Shown here one piece after another: positions 47,063-57,455 of a stretch of DNA of 64,000 nt. Position numbers and translations under genes: made by a program. Each line of letters opens with the position of its first letter. The stretch's first letter is position 1. The DNA is from an uncultured Defluviitaleaceae bacterium (GTDB lineage Bacteria; Bacillota; Clostridia; Lachnospirales; WRAX01): contig CAZOVK010000004.1 of the NCBI GenBank assembly GCA_964583165.1, positions 785 through 64,784 on the forward strand, given 5' to 3'. The notes beneath the pieces are model-generated. The model did not search any database and was not told the DNA's origin. It saw nothing but the letters and a program-made list of their open reading frames with translations.

Positions 47063-49738
47063 TTAACCCCAGTAATCATTTTTATCATCAGCATTACGCA
47101 GTGTGAAAATCGCCGCCATGCTTTTTAGCGTGTCAGACTGTGACGCGAGCTCTTCAGAAGCAGCCGTGGCTTCTTCGAGTGATGCGGTTGTTTCGTTTAC
47201 GACCTGATAGATTTTGTCAATCTCGGCTTCAATCGTACTGACCTCGGCAACTTGCACCTGTGCCGACACGTTTATCGCGTTCATGAAGCCGTTGAGTTGG
47301 TCCATGTTGCCGACAATACCCGAAAGTAGGCGCGCCGCTTGTTCGGCTTGAATCGTGCCGTCTTTGATTCGCTTAATAGCATCTTCAACAAGTTCGGATA
47401 TGTCAGCCGCCGCCTGTTGGGCTTGACCGCTCAACTCCTTGACCTGATTGGCGACGACAGTAAAACCGCGCCCATGCTGACCCGCGCGCGCCGCCTCAAT
47501 AGAGGCATTCAGCGCAAGGATATTGATTTGGAAGCTGATGTCGTCGATTGACTTAGTAATCAAATTGATGTTATTAGAAACCTGTTCAATCGCCTGCATA
47601 GCTGACAGCAATCGTTGCATCTGTTTGTTCGAGTTGTCAACGGCAAGCTTTGTCGCATCAGCCATTGCGTTGGCGCGTTCGGCGGCTTGGCTGTCGCTTG
47701 AAATTTGGTTCGTTACCGAGTGCATCATGTCATTGAGCGCATTCATCGATTCGCTTTGAACCTTCGCGCCGTTCGCGATTGACACATTATTTTGAGAAAT
47801 AATCTTCGCGCCACCTGCCACTTGTTCTGTAGCGCTTGATAAATCGGCCATGATGTCGTTGAAACGACCGATAATGGTATTGATAGACTCTTTAATCAGC
47901 CCGAACTCGCCCAAAAACTCCATATCGATTGATACGTCAAGGTTATTCGCGGCGACTTGTGATAGAACGGCCGTAATCTCTTTGATATATAACGATAAAC
48001 CGTGCAGAATATTGTTAATCGAGTCCTTAATAACAAGGAAGTTGCCCTTGTATTTGCCCGTCATCAGTACGTCAAGGTTGCCGTTCTTAAAGCTGTTCAT
48101 GACTTGCTCAATCTCTGCGAACACGGTTGTAAACGGCTGAACAACACTGTCAATGTCCTTTAACAGTGCATTCCATTCGCCCTCATACTCGGCGGAATTG
48201 GTTTTAGTATCAAGCCGCCCATCCTTAACGGCCGTTATAATCGTCTCTATCTCCGTTTTTAGCCCCGAAAGATTGCGCTTTAGGGTATTAACAGAGTTGG
48301 TGAGCATCATGCGGCTGCCGGGGTAATTGGGCACTGTCGCTCTGAAATTGCCCGTGGCTAAGGCGTTCAGAACTATGTTGATATCATTAAGCATCTTCAC
48401 ATAGGAAGAAACCATGCTGTTAACACCAATAGCAACCTCATTATACGCGCCCTCGTAACGTTCATCGTGTATGCGGTACTCCATATTGCCGTTCTCATGC
48501 TCAACAGACAGATTATGAATGTCGGCTATTACATCGGTAATCATCTTAATAATGTGAGAATACCCTTGCGCGAGTTGCCCAAACTCGTCGTTGGCCACCT
48601 CAGGCACACCACCGGAGAAGTCACCTGTTGCCACACGGTCTGATAACGACGTAAGCATTTTGAGGGGTTTGATTATACGACCGGTTGTTCTTATGGTTAC
48701 AATGGTTATGGCGATTGCGATAAGAATAAACGCCAGAATTATCGCGTACATAATCATATTGTTGAGTTTGTTTATCTCGTTATACGGTATTATCAAAGTG
48801 ACCTGTAGCGGTGTCGTCCCCGAAAGAACAGTTGACTTTATGCTGACACCAAGAGAGCTACGACCGTTTATTTGACTGTCAGTGGTGAAATTATATACCT
48901 CGTGATTGCCGCCGGATGTGAAGTGGTTTACATATTCACCCATTGCTTCTTCTCCGATATTGGTATGAATAGGTGAGTATACTATGAAGTTGTTTGAGTC
49001 CGTGATAGTGATGTATCCTGTGTCATATATTTTCGCCATGCCGAACATCTCATATAGACTATCCATGGTGAAGTCAACGCCAACAACACCAAGAACATGC
49101 CCCTTAGCATCTATTATGGGCATTGTCAGTGTCAGATAGAAAGCGTCGTAACCGTCTTCTTCAAAGTAATAAGGCTCTGACAAATAGGTTTGTTGTGTGG
49201 CAACAGGCACACAATAATAATCCCATTCATATTCAGCGTCACTACCATCGGGGCTATCGCTTGTTTCAATGGTACCAATTTCGGTGTATTCAACATAGAT
49301 ATACATGCGCCCTGTTTCGGTGCCATATTTTGTGCGTATGTATTGGTCGTCGAGGTCATCGAATGTGTTATGGTCCATCATAACAAAAATGGCGGCGGCA
49401 TTATCAACAGTCGGGAGGGTATCGAGAAGAATACTCTCAACACCTTCACGGCTGAAGTTCAATTCGTCCATATTTATTATGGTTGTCAGGCTTGACAGTA
49501 ATGTGTTCAGCGCACATTCCGCCGAATCCAGCGTGTTTGAGAGTTGATTGGCGTATGTTTTGCCCTTTTCCTGCGCCAGAGCTTTTGCTTGAGAGTCTGA
49601 CAAATAACCCAACGAAAAATAGAGGATTAGTACACCCGCGACCATGCCGACTAGCAGGGTTAATACTATGGGTAATGTAATTTTGTATTTGACGGAAAAG
49701 AACTTCCCACCTGTTTTGGGTTTCTTCTGCATTGCCAT
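47063..49738 (-). CDS. Methyl-accepting chemotaxis protein with dCache sensor and poly-HAMP
   Basis: TM1, Cache (LSEPY, GVVGVD), TM2, HAMP (DEFGQL) plus repeated HAMP-like units, QINILALNASIEAARAG. Confidence 0.92.
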   Translation of the reverse strand: MAMQKKPKTGGKFFSVKYKITLPIVLTLLVGMVAGVLILYFSLGYLSDSQAKALAQEKGKTYANQLSNTLDSAECALNTLLSSLTTIINMDELNFSREGVESILLDTLPTVDNAAAIFVMMDHNTFDDLDDQYIRTKYGTETGRMYIYVEYTEIGTIETSDSPDGSDAEYEWDYYCVPVATQQTYLSEPYYFEEDGYDAFYLTLTMPIIDAKGHVLGVVGVDFTMDSLYEMFGMAKIYDTGYITITDSNNFIVYSPIHTNIGEEAMGEYVNHFTSGGNHEVYNFTTDSQINGRSSLGVSIKSTVLSGTTPLQVTLIIPYNEINKLNNMIMYAIILAFILIAIAITIVTIRTTGRIIKPLKMLTSLSDRVATGDFSGGVPEVANDEFGQLAQGYSHIIKMITDVIADIHNLSVEHENGNMEYRIHDERYEGAYNEVAIGVNSMVSSYVKMLNDINIVLNALATGNFRATVPNYPGSRMMLTNSVNTLKRNLSGLKTEIETIITAVKDGRLDTKTNSAEYEGEWNALLKDIDSVVQPFTTVFAEIEQVMNSFKNGNLDVLMTGKYKGNFLVIKDSINNILHGLSLYIKEITAVLSQVAANNLDVSIDMEFLGEFGLIKESINTIIGRFNDIMADLSSATEQVAGGAKIISQNNVSIANGAKVQSESMNALNDMMHSVTNQISSDSQAAERANAMADATKLAVDNSNKQMQRLLSAMQAIEQVSNNINLITKSIDDISFQINILALNASIEAARAGQHGRGFTVVANQVKELSGQAQQAAADISELVEDAIKRIKDGTIQAEQAARLLSGIVGNMDQLNGFMNAINVSAQVQVAEVSTIEAEIDKIYQVVNETTASLEEATAASEELASQSDTLKSMAAIFTLRNADDKNDYWG

Positions 49739-49780
49739 AACACCACCGCCTGTTAGAATCTTATTAGTTTGAGTATTCAG

Positions 49781-50575
49781 CTATTCTGTAACTGATACGC
49801 TTGCTTGACTACGAGCCGCAATCCGCAACGTCAGCGCCGCGAACAATTCGGGGTGATTGTTTTCAAGTATTGCCGCGACTGTATCGAAAGCGGCTTCAGG
49901 GCTGTTGTTTTCTTCGCTTAAATGCCCGAGGTAGATGTGTTTTAGGCGTTTTGAGAGAACCTCTGACAGGAGCATACCGCATGATACGTTGGATAGATGC
50001 CCGTTTTTGCCCAGTATACGCCTTTTCAGATGTTCGGGGTATGAACCGTTCACTAGCATATCCACGTCGTGGTTGCTTTCAATGAGCATGATGTCAGAAT
50101 CGGCTATGTTCTCGATTATCGTATCGGTTATATGCCCCATATCCGTGCATACGGCCACTTTCTTTGCCTTATAAAACGCCGCATATCCGACTGGCTGACT
50201 GGCGTCATGCGGTATCGGGAAGGCGTTTATTGTCAAATCGCCAACAATCAGACTCTCATCGGTATAGATATGGCGCCGGTTACTCACTTCAATATCTCCT
50301 ACAAGCTTTGACCTGTCACAGGCCAGCCACGTCCCGGGCGTAGCAAAGACAGGAATGCCGAACTTTCGCGATAACACGCCCGCGCCCTTGATGTGGTCGC
50401 TGTGTTCATGTGTGATAAACACCGCGTCGGGCGGCGGCATGTTTATGGCGCGAAGGGCCGTAATAATCCGCTTTGCGCTGATGCCCGCGTCAAATAAGAC
50501 ACTCGTATTGCCCGCGCGAAGGTATACGGCGTTGCCCTCCGAACTGCTTGCGAGCGGGCAAAAGAATAATTCCAT
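49781..50575 (-). CDS. MBL-fold metallohydrolase (YycJ/WalJ-like exonuclease)
   Basis: ASSS.GN, DAG, THEHSDH, HDA, ESNHD, GHLSN, GHLSEENN. Confidence 0.88.
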   Translation of the reverse strand: MELFFCPLASSSEGNAVYLRAGNTSVLFDAGISAKRIITALRAINMPPPDAVFITHEHSDHIKGAGVLSRKFGIPVFATPGTWLACDRSKLVGDIEVSNRRHIYTDESLIVGDLTINAFPIPHDASQPVGYAAFYKAKKVAVCTDMGHITDTIIENIADSDIMLIESNHDVDMLVNGSYPEHLKRRILGKNGHLSNVSCGMLLSEVLSKRLKHIYLGHLSEENNSPEAAFDTVAAILENNHPELFAALTLRIAARSQASVSVTE

Positions 50576-50577
50576 AG

Positions 50578-51000
50578 TTACTCCTGTAGTTTCTTTTGTT
50601 CGGCTTCTTTAATGCCGGTAGTTAATTCTTGTAAAAACTCAACCTTCTTTTTGGGCGATACGTGAATCATACCCCACGAGCGCTTGCCCCAGCGAATTTC
50701 TATGCGGTCAGTCGATAACGCCGCCGACGCGAGCCAACTTTTTGTGGGTCTGACGCTTGTGATGTCGCTGTAACGAACGACGAAATTCATTATGAGCCCA
50801 CACTTAATCATAATCGCATCTTGCATGAGTATATAACGCGTATCAACGAGCATGGGTAGAAGAATCAGAAACGTAACACCGGCGATGATATAAGTCGCGA
50901 TACTATAACCCACCAGATAAAGCATGAGCATGGTCAGCGCGAAGAATACCGCGATAACTAGATAGAACCACCAGTCAACCTTTGAACGATAACTTGTCAT
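50578..51000 (-). CDS. Bacterial PH-domain membrane protein
   Basis: SKVD.W, TM hairpin, T.Y, ALS.DRIEI, SP...EF. Confidence 0.75.
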   Translation of the reverse strand: MTSYRSKVDWWFYLVIAVFFALTMLMLYLVGYSIATYIIAGVTFLILLPMLVDTRYILMQDAIMIKCGLIMNFVVRYSDITSVRPTKSWLASAALSTDRIEIRWGKRSWGMIHVSPKKKVEFLQELTTGIKEAEQKKLQE

Positions 51001-51001
51001 A

Positions 51002-51946
51002 TTAACCCCTTATATATTTCATTGTGGCGCAAACCTCTAGGCTTAACGCCTTGAGCCTCTCATACTCGGCGCGGTCATTGGCATTGATTGTCGCCATGAA
51101 GTGAGCCGCCTCGTGACCCATAGCGTTTTTGAGCGTTTCGGGCGCGTAACTCTCGGGCGCCTGACCGTTCTTAACGAGCGTAACACTCTGTAATGTCGAG
51201 CAACCATCAAACACAAGACCTCCGCTTTCGCCTATAATCTGGTTGTTGATGAGGTTTTTCGCGACCTTGCCATAAGACATGCTTACACAGAAGCCGTCAT
51301 ATTCGAAAATCGCGAAGCCTAGACCGTCAATGCCGTTTTCAAACTTAACCAATTTTTTCTCTATAGATTTCGGTGTTCCGAACAGCGCGAGTGTAAAAGA
51401 GATAGGGTAGATACCGATATCGTTTGTCGCGCCACCGTGCATATCGGGGTTGAACACATTCGGATTTTTACCCGCTTTATAGTCGTCATACTTTGACGAG
51501 TAGCTGTTATAACTAATCGACACCGAACGAATAGGCCCGATTTCGCCCATTTTCTCTTTTAACAGCTCAAAACCCGGGAGCTGTATGTGCATGAGGGCTT
51601 CGAACAGATAAACGCCGTTTCTTTCAGCCGTTTCGTATAGGTCTTTCATAACCTCCGGGTCGGTCGCGAGAGGCTTCTCCGCGAAAACATGCTTGCCGTG
51701 TTCAAGGAAAATCTTCGCCTGAATCGGGTGTAGGACGTTTGGTGACGCGATATAGACCACATCAATATCAGACTGTGCCATTGCTTCAATATCCGTGAAT
51801 GTATGCGCAAAGCCTAGCTTTTCCGCGCTCTTTTTTGCCTGTTCTTCCGTGCGCGAATACAATGCGTGTAAGACATAACCCGCCTGTTTGGCCGCGTCAA
51901 CAAACATTTCCATAATCCAACTGGTGCCGATTGTACCGAGTTTCAT
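51002..51946 (-). CDS. Gfo/Idh/MocA family oxidoreductase
   Basis: GT.WI, YIASPN..H, EKP, GG...DIGIY. Confidence 0.9.
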   Translation of the reverse strand: MKLGTIGTSWIMEMFVDAAKQAGYVLHALYSRTEEQAKKSAEKLGFAHTFTDIEAMAQSDIDVVYIASPNVLHPIQAKIFLEHGKHVFAEKPLATDPEVMKDLYETAERNGVYLFEALMHIQLPGFELLKEKMGEIGPIRSVSISYNSYSSKYDDYKAGKNPNVFNPDMHGGATNDIGIYPISFTLALFGTPKSIEKKLVKFENGIDGLGFAIFEYDGFCVSMSYGKVAKNLINNQIIGESGGLVFDGCSTLQSVTLVKNGQAPESYAPETLKNAMGHEAAHFMATINANDRAEYERLKALSLEVCATMKYIRG

Positions 51947-51958
51947 AATATACCCCCG

Positions 51959-53710
51959 TTATTCTGCAAATTGTATTTCGTATAGCTCTTTATAAGTACC
52001 ACCAAGCGCAAGCAGTTCTTCATGCGTGCCGCGTTCGGCGATTTCACCGTGTGACATAACAATTATTTGGTTCGCGTTCTGGATGGTTGATAGCCTATGC
52101 GCTATGACTATAGTCGTGCGCCCTTTCATCATTTTTTCTAGCGAAGACTGGATAATCTGCTCGTGCTCCGTGTCGATGTTCGCCGTGGCTTCGTCAAGAA
52201 CGAGTACACGCGGGTCAAACGCTATGGCGCGCGCAAAACTAAGGAGTTGCCGCTCACCGGCAGATAAAGTCGCGCCGCGTTCTGCCACGGGTTCTTCATA
52301 ACCGCGTCTAAGCTTCGTTATAAACGCGTCTGCGCTCACAAATTCAGCGGCTTTGGCGGCATCGGCGGGTGTAATGGCCGTGTTGTGAAGCCTTATGTTT
52401 TCTAGGATATTCCCCTCAAACATGAACACGTCTTGAAGCACAACAGCCACACGCTCACGCAAGAATTTCAGAGGGTATTCGCGAACGTCCACACCGTCTA
52501 GATAAATTCCACCCTTTTGAATCTCATAGAACCGCCCGATAAGGTTGATTATTGTTGTCTTGCCCGCGCCAGTTGAACCTACAAACGCCGTAGTTTCGCC
52601 CGGCTTTATGCGGAAGCTGATGTCTTTTAGCACCCAATCTTCATTATTATACGCAAACCAAACATGCCTAAACTCGATATCGCCCTTAAACGCCTTGTGT
52701 GACACGCCGACTTCTAAATCTTCCGTGAACTTTTTGTTATCGAGAAGCTCGAAGATACGTTCAGCAGAAACCGTCGCGGTTTGTATCGTTGTAAACTGGT
52801 CGGCTATGTCGGCTATCGGGCGGAAGAACTTGCGCGTGTATGTGATGAAGGCGAAGAGAAGCCCCACGTCAAGTTTCAAGTCGAGAATCGCGCCCGCTGA
52901 AAACCATATCAATATCGATATACCCAAGCTGTTAATCATTTCACTGGCGGGGCGAAACATCGCGTTCATCATTACCGCGAGCTTGTTCGCCCTGTTATAA
53001 TTATCATTCAAATCGAGAAATTCCGCAAGCTTTTGTTTTTCTTTGACAAAAATCTGGGTAAGGCGCATACCGCTGATGTTTTCGGCGAGGAAGGCGTTAA
53101 TCTGCCCCAAATACTTACGGATAACGCGGAAATTTTCTTTGAACTTTTTATTGTAGATGACGGTTATCACTATTATAATGGGAAGCACCGAAAAACTCAC
53201 GGCCGCCATGCCCACGTCCATGTTGAACATGGCGATTATGATACCGATAACGAGCACGGCCGACTCGAACAGGTTTACGACAACGCTGGAATAGACCTCC
53301 GAGAGTGCTTCAACGTCATTCGTGGCGCGAGTGAGGACGGAACCTGCCGCATTCTCGTCAAAAAACTTGAAACTCATGCGCTGAATATGCGCGATAATGT
53401 CCATGCGGATTTTGTGGACAATTTGTTGACCCATCTCGTTCATTACCCAGATTTGGGCGTATGTACTCACGCAGGCAAGAGCGACCATAGCAAGGTATGC
53501 CATACCCAAACCGAAGACGTTAATCGAATTGTCGCCGCCAACCATATAACCGTCAATTACTTCCTTGATTATATAGGGGTTGACCCATTCTTTCACGTTG
53601 ATGACGACAGCCAACACGAGGGCGAGAGCGAACAGCCCCTTTTTATATCCGAACATCTTTATCATGCGCGGCCAGACGCCGCGTTTTTCGGCTACTGTTT
53701 CAGTTCGCAT
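51959..53710 (-). CDS. Heterodimeric ABC exporter subunit (YheH/TM288-like)
   Basis: TMD plus NBD: GSTGAGKT, degenerate signature LSAGERQ, VLDE, AH. Confidence 0.9.
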   Translation of the reverse strand: MRTETVAEKRGVWPRMIKMFGYKKGLFALALVLAVVINVKEWVNPYIIKEVIDGYMVGGDNSINVFGLGMAYLAMVALACVSTYAQIWVMNEMGQQIVHKIRMDIIAHIQRMSFKFFDENAAGSVLTRATNDVEALSEVYSSVVVNLFESAVLVIGIIIAMFNMDVGMAAVSFSVLPIIIVITVIYNKKFKENFRVIRKYLGQINAFLAENISGMRLTQIFVKEKQKLAEFLDLNDNYNRANKLAVMMNAMFRPASEMINSLGISILIWFSAGAILDLKLDVGLLFAFITYTRKFFRPIADIADQFTTIQTATVSAERIFELLDNKKFTEDLEVGVSHKAFKGDIEFRHVWFAYNNEDWVLKDISFRIKPGETTAFVGSTGAGKTTIINLIGRFYEIQKGGIYLDGVDVREYPLKFLRERVAVVLQDVFMFEGNILENIRLHNTAITPADAAKAAEFVSADAFITKLRRGYEEPVAERGATLSAGERQLLSFARAIAFDPRVLVLDEATANIDTEHEQIIQSSLEKMMKGRTTIVIAHRLSTIQNANQIIVMSHGEIAERGTHEELLALGGTYKELYEIQFAE

Positions 53711-55448
53711 TCAGGTCACCCCCCGCCTGTAGCGCGTCAAGGCGACAATACGCGCCGCCAAGCGCGAGTAACTCCTCATGTGTGCCGCGCTCTATGATTT
53801 CGCCGCCGTCCATGAAGATGATTTCATCGGCGTGGCGAATGGCTGATACGCGGTGGGAGATGACTATGTTTGTAAGACCATCCATGACAGAACCGAGGTT
53901 GCGAAGGATTCGTTCTTCTGTTTCTGTATCAACAGCCGACAGTGCGTCGTCCAGTATAAGGATATTGGGCTTCTTAACAATCGCGCGTGCAATAGATACA
54001 CGTTGTTTTTGACCACCTGAAAGTGTTATGCCACGTTCGCCCGTCACAGTCTGAAAGCCTTCGGGGAAAGCGATGATATTGTCATATACACAAGCCGTTT
54101 TCGCGGCTTCAAAAACCGCTTCGTCTGTGATATTTTCGTCAAAGAATTTGATGTTGTCGAGTATACTCGCCGCGAACATGAAGTTATCTTGGGGCACATA
54201 ACCGATTGAGCCACGCAAAGACGATAGGGGTAGGCGGTTGATTTCTTTGTTGTCAACCTTAACATAGCCCTCTTTTATCAGATAGAGCCGCAACAAAACG
54301 TTTGCAAGCGTCGTCTTTCCGCTCCCTGTTCTGCCGATTATACCGAGCGTCTTCCCACGCGGGAGTTTTAAGTTGATATTTTTAAGCGCGGGTGTGTTCG
54401 CGCCCGGGTATGTAAACGTGAAGTTGCTAATCTCGATATTACCGCTAACAGACTTCACATCACTGTGAACATTCACATCACGTATTTCGGGTGTTATAAA
54501 CAGAATCTCTTCCAACCGTTTCAAACTGGCCATAGCCCTCTGCCACAGTTCAATGACTCGCCCGAGCATACTAATCGGCATAGTCATTAGCGTTAGGTAT
54601 GTCTGAAAAGCCACAAAATCGCCGACAGTGATTATGCCCGTCTTGACCATATTCGCTCCCAGAACAATCGCTACTGTGAAGGCTATACCGAAACTCAAAC
54701 CATTCACCACAGGCATAAACGCCGCAAGCCTCACATAATTCATCTGAACTTTATAACGTTTTATACTGGCTTCTTCAAGTCGTTTCGTCTCTGATTCTTC
54801 TCGCGTGTAAGCCTTGACAACGCGAATACCCATAATATTCTCTTGAACCTTGTCATTAAGCGCGGAGTATTGGTCTTGAACGAGCTTAAACCGTCGTCTG
54901 ACAGCCATTCTTAACCGCAAGGTAATGACAACACTCAAAACAATCGGAAAAACAGACAGCAATGTCAGAATTGGGTTAATCGTGATAACCATAGTCACAA
55001 TCGCCGTGCCCTGAACAAGAAAGCTGTCCAGAATATTGATTATACCCATAGCGAAAGCCATACGCACGGCTGAAAGGTCGTTTGTCGCGTATGCCATTAA
55101 GTCGCCTGTTTTGCGCTGGTTATAGAAAGACGGCGGAAGTTCTTGAAGCTTCAAAAACAGCCGCTCACGTAAGAAGCACTCCAAATCGCGTGATTTGCCG
55201 ACAATTAAGATACGATAAAAGAATCTTGTAACAAACAGCAACACCGCAAAGCCAAGCATGACAAATGCCATACGATACGCGTCATTGACCGCTATTGTAG
55301 CATTAGACAGCCCGTCAGTGACTTGCCCCAGCATCTTGGGCAGAATCACAGACAACGCCGCCGAAGCAATAAGCGCCAAGAACCCCAATATGTACTCTCG
55401 CTTGCTCTTAGTCAGGAAATCCCGCCAAATCATTCGTAGTATCAACAC
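53700..55448 (-). CDS. Heterodimeric ABC exporter subunit (YheI/TM287-like)
   Basis: Start moved to GTG 55448 (or TTG 55445); GRTGSGKT, LSGGQKQR, degenerate Walker B ILDD. Confidence 0.88.
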   Translation of the reverse strand: MLILRMIWRDFLTKSKREYILGFLALIASAALSVILPKMLGQVTDGLSNATIAVNDAYRMAFVMLGFAVLLFVTRFFYRILIVGKSRDLECFLRERLFLKLQELPPSFYNQRKTGDLMAYATNDLSAVRMAFAMGIINILDSFLVQGTAIVTMVITINPILTLLSVFPIVLSVVITLRLRMAVRRRFKLVQDQYSALNDKVQENIMGIRVVKAYTREESETKRLEEASIKRYKVQMNYVRLAAFMPVVNGLSFGIAFTVAIVLGANMVKTGIITVGDFVAFQTYLTLMTMPISMLGRVIELWQRAMASLKRLEEILFITPEIRDVNVHSDVKSVSGNIEISNFTFTYPGANTPALKNINLKLPRGKTLGIIGRTGSGKTTLANVLLRLYLIKEGYVKVDNKEINRLPLSSLRGSIGYVPQDNFMFAASILDNIKFFDENITDEAVFEAAKTACVYDNIIAFPEGFQTVTGERGITLSGGQKQRVSIARAIVKKPNILILDDALSAVDTETEERILRNLGSVMDGLTNIVISHRVSAIRHADEIIFMDGGEIIERGTHEELLALGGAYCRLDALQAGGDLNAN

Positions 55449-55532
55449 ATCGCCCCAAATCTTCTTTACAAATCCATAAATTACATTATAATATATTTTA
55501 GTGGAAATTACAAACCCCAGAGGAGAATTTTT

Positions 55533-56969
55533 ATGGTAAGAACACGTTACGCGCCCAGCCCGACAGGTTACATGCATTGTGGCAACCTTAGGACGGCGAT
55601 TTATGAATACTTGATAGCCAAGAGCCAAGGCGGCGCATTTGTCTTGCGTATTGAAGACACTGACCAGAGTAGGCAGGTTGAGGGCGCCGTTCAGATTATC
55701 TATGACACGCTTAAAGCCGTGGGTATTCAGCATGACGAAGGGCCTGATGTGGGCGGTGATTTTGGCCCATATATTCAAAGCCAACGCAAGAATGATTATA
55801 TGAAATATGCCAAGATGTTGGTTGAGAAGGGCGCGGCGTATTACTGTTTCTGCACGAAAGAACGCCTTGACGCTATGAGAAGTGAGCAGGGCGAGGGCAT
55901 GAAGTATGACCGCCACTGTATGCGCCTAAACAATGAAGAAATTCAAGCTAAACTGGACGCGGGCGAGCCTTTTGTTATCCGTCAGCTTATACCCGAGGGC
56001 GAAACGAGCTTTACGGACGAGGTTTACGGCACGATTACGGTCAAGAACAGTGAAATAGAAGACCAGATACTCGTTAAGTCAGATGGATTGCCGACTTATA
56101 ACTTCGCGAATGTCGTTGACGATTACCTCATGCAGATAACTCATGTCGTGAGAGGTAGCGAGTATCTTTCCAGCACGCCTAAGTATAATATTCTTTATCA
56201 AGCATTCGGTTGGCCGATACCTGTTTATGTTCATTTGCCACTTGTTCAGAACGAAGAGGGCGAAAAGCTGTCTAAACGTCACGGGGCGATAACATTTAAT
56301 GATATGCTCGCTATGGGCTTCTTGCCCGAAGCCGTTTTGAACTATACGGCGCTTCTAGGCTGGAGCCCGCCGGAGAATCGCGAGATTTTGAGCCTTCAAG
56401 AGATGACGGAGTGTTTCAATATAAGCGGTTTGAGCAAGTCGCCGTCACGCTTTGACCTTACGAAGCTGACGTGGATGAACGGCGAGTATTTCAAGCTGAT
56501 GGACGATACAAAGTTTTATGAAATGGCTTCACCTGTCGTAGCAGAATTCACGGGCAAAACGGGAGAAGCGTTGAATGAACTCGTGAAAGCCGTAAAAACG
56601 CGTATAAACTTCATCAAAGACATTGCCGAACTTGTTGATTTCGTGACCGAAATACCCGACTATGACATTGCTCTTTACGCGCATAAGAAGATGAAGACGG
56701 ACAGCGAAAATTCGCTGACAAGCCTTAAAGCGGCGTTACCAGCCTTTGAAGCCGTGACAACTTGGGATAGGGATAACCTAGACGCGATTATACAGAACAT
56801 CATAACAACACTCGGCGTTAAGACAGGTCAAGTCTTCTGGCCTTTGCGCGTGGCTCTGTCGGGTAAGGCGGCGACACCGTGCGGCGTTCACGAACTTCTT
56901 ATAATTCTTGGCAAAGATGAGAGCCTGCGCCGCCTTAAAATCGGCATAGAGAAGCTAGGGGGCTGTTAA
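55533..56969 (+). CDS. gltX: Glutamate--tRNA ligase
   Basis: RYAPSPTG..HCGN, RIEDTD, PTYNFANVVDD, KLSKR. Confidence 0.97.
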   Translation: MVRTRYAPSPTGYMHCGNLRTAIYEYLIAKSQGGAFVLRIEDTDQSRQVEGAVQIIYDTLKAVGIQHDEGPDVGGDFGPYIQSQRKNDYMKYAKMLVEKGAAYYCFCTKERLDAMRSEQGEGMKYDRHCMRLNNEEIQAKLDAGEPFVIRQLIPEGETSFTDEVYGTITVKNSEIEDQILVKSDGLPTYNFANVVDDYLMQITHVVRGSEYLSSTPKYNILYQAFGWPIPVYVHLPLVQNEEGEKLSKRHGAITFNDMLAMGFLPEAVLNYTALLGWSPPENREILSLQEMTECFNISGLSKSPSRFDLTKLTWMNGEYFKLMDDTKFYEMASPVVAEFTGKTGEALNELVKAVKTRINFIKDIAELVDFVTEIPDYDIALYAHKKMKTDSENSLTSLKAALPAFEAVTTWDRDNLDAIIQNIITTLGVKTGQVFWPLRVALSGKAATPCGVHELLIILGKDESLRRLKIGIEKLGGC

Positions 56970-56971
56970 GA

Positions 56972-57445
56972 ATGGCTGAAGCAAGACCGTTCAGACTGAT
57001 AGCCCAGAACAGAAAGGCGTCGCACGACTACTTCCTTGAAGAAACATTCCAAGCGGGGCTGGAACTGCTCGGCACGGAGGTTAAGTCATTGCGGGGTGGT
57101 AGGTGTAATTTGAAAGACAGCTATGTGGAATTACGCGGGCGTGAAGCGTTCATTGTGGGTATGCACATATCGCCCTATGAACAGGGCAACATCTTCAACC
57201 GTGACCCTCTCCGCTCACGCCGCCTGCTATTGCACAAGCATGAAATCAACCGCTTAATCGGCGCAACCACTCGCGAGGGATATACGGTTGTGCCGACAAG
57301 GATTTACTTTCAAGGCAGTTACGTAAAATTGGACATTGCACTTGCCAAGGGCAAAAAGTTATTCGACAAACGCGCCAGTATCGCGGAACGCGACGCTAAA
57401 CGTGACGTTGAACGCGAATTCCGCGGCAAGTATCGCATAGAATAG
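56972..57445 (+). CDS. smpB: SsrA-binding protein
   Basis: NRKA.HDY, G.EL.GTEVKSLR, R.LLLHK.EI, KGKK..DKR. Confidence 0.97.
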   Translation: MAEARPFRLIAQNRKASHDYFLEETFQAGLELLGTEVKSLRGGRCNLKDSYVELRGREAFIVGMHISPYEQGNIFNRDPLRSRRLLLHKHEINRLIGATTREGYTVVPTRIYFQGSYVKLDIALAKGKKLFDKRASIAERDAKRDVEREFRGKYRIE

Positions 57446-57455
57446 GAGAGATTAG

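Noticed and set aside
53033-53797. Long antisense ORFs (254 aa here; also 3207-3878, 14786-15370, 25011-25664, 39452-40111 and others)
   Set aside because: They are shadows of well-supported genes, with no recognisable motifs.
55449-55916. Long N-terminal extension of the 738-aa ABC exporter ORF (likewise for oppD, deoD, greA, the FlhB-like gene and feoB)
   Set aside because: The extensions overlap other genes or promoters, and good RBS-start pairs exist downstream.
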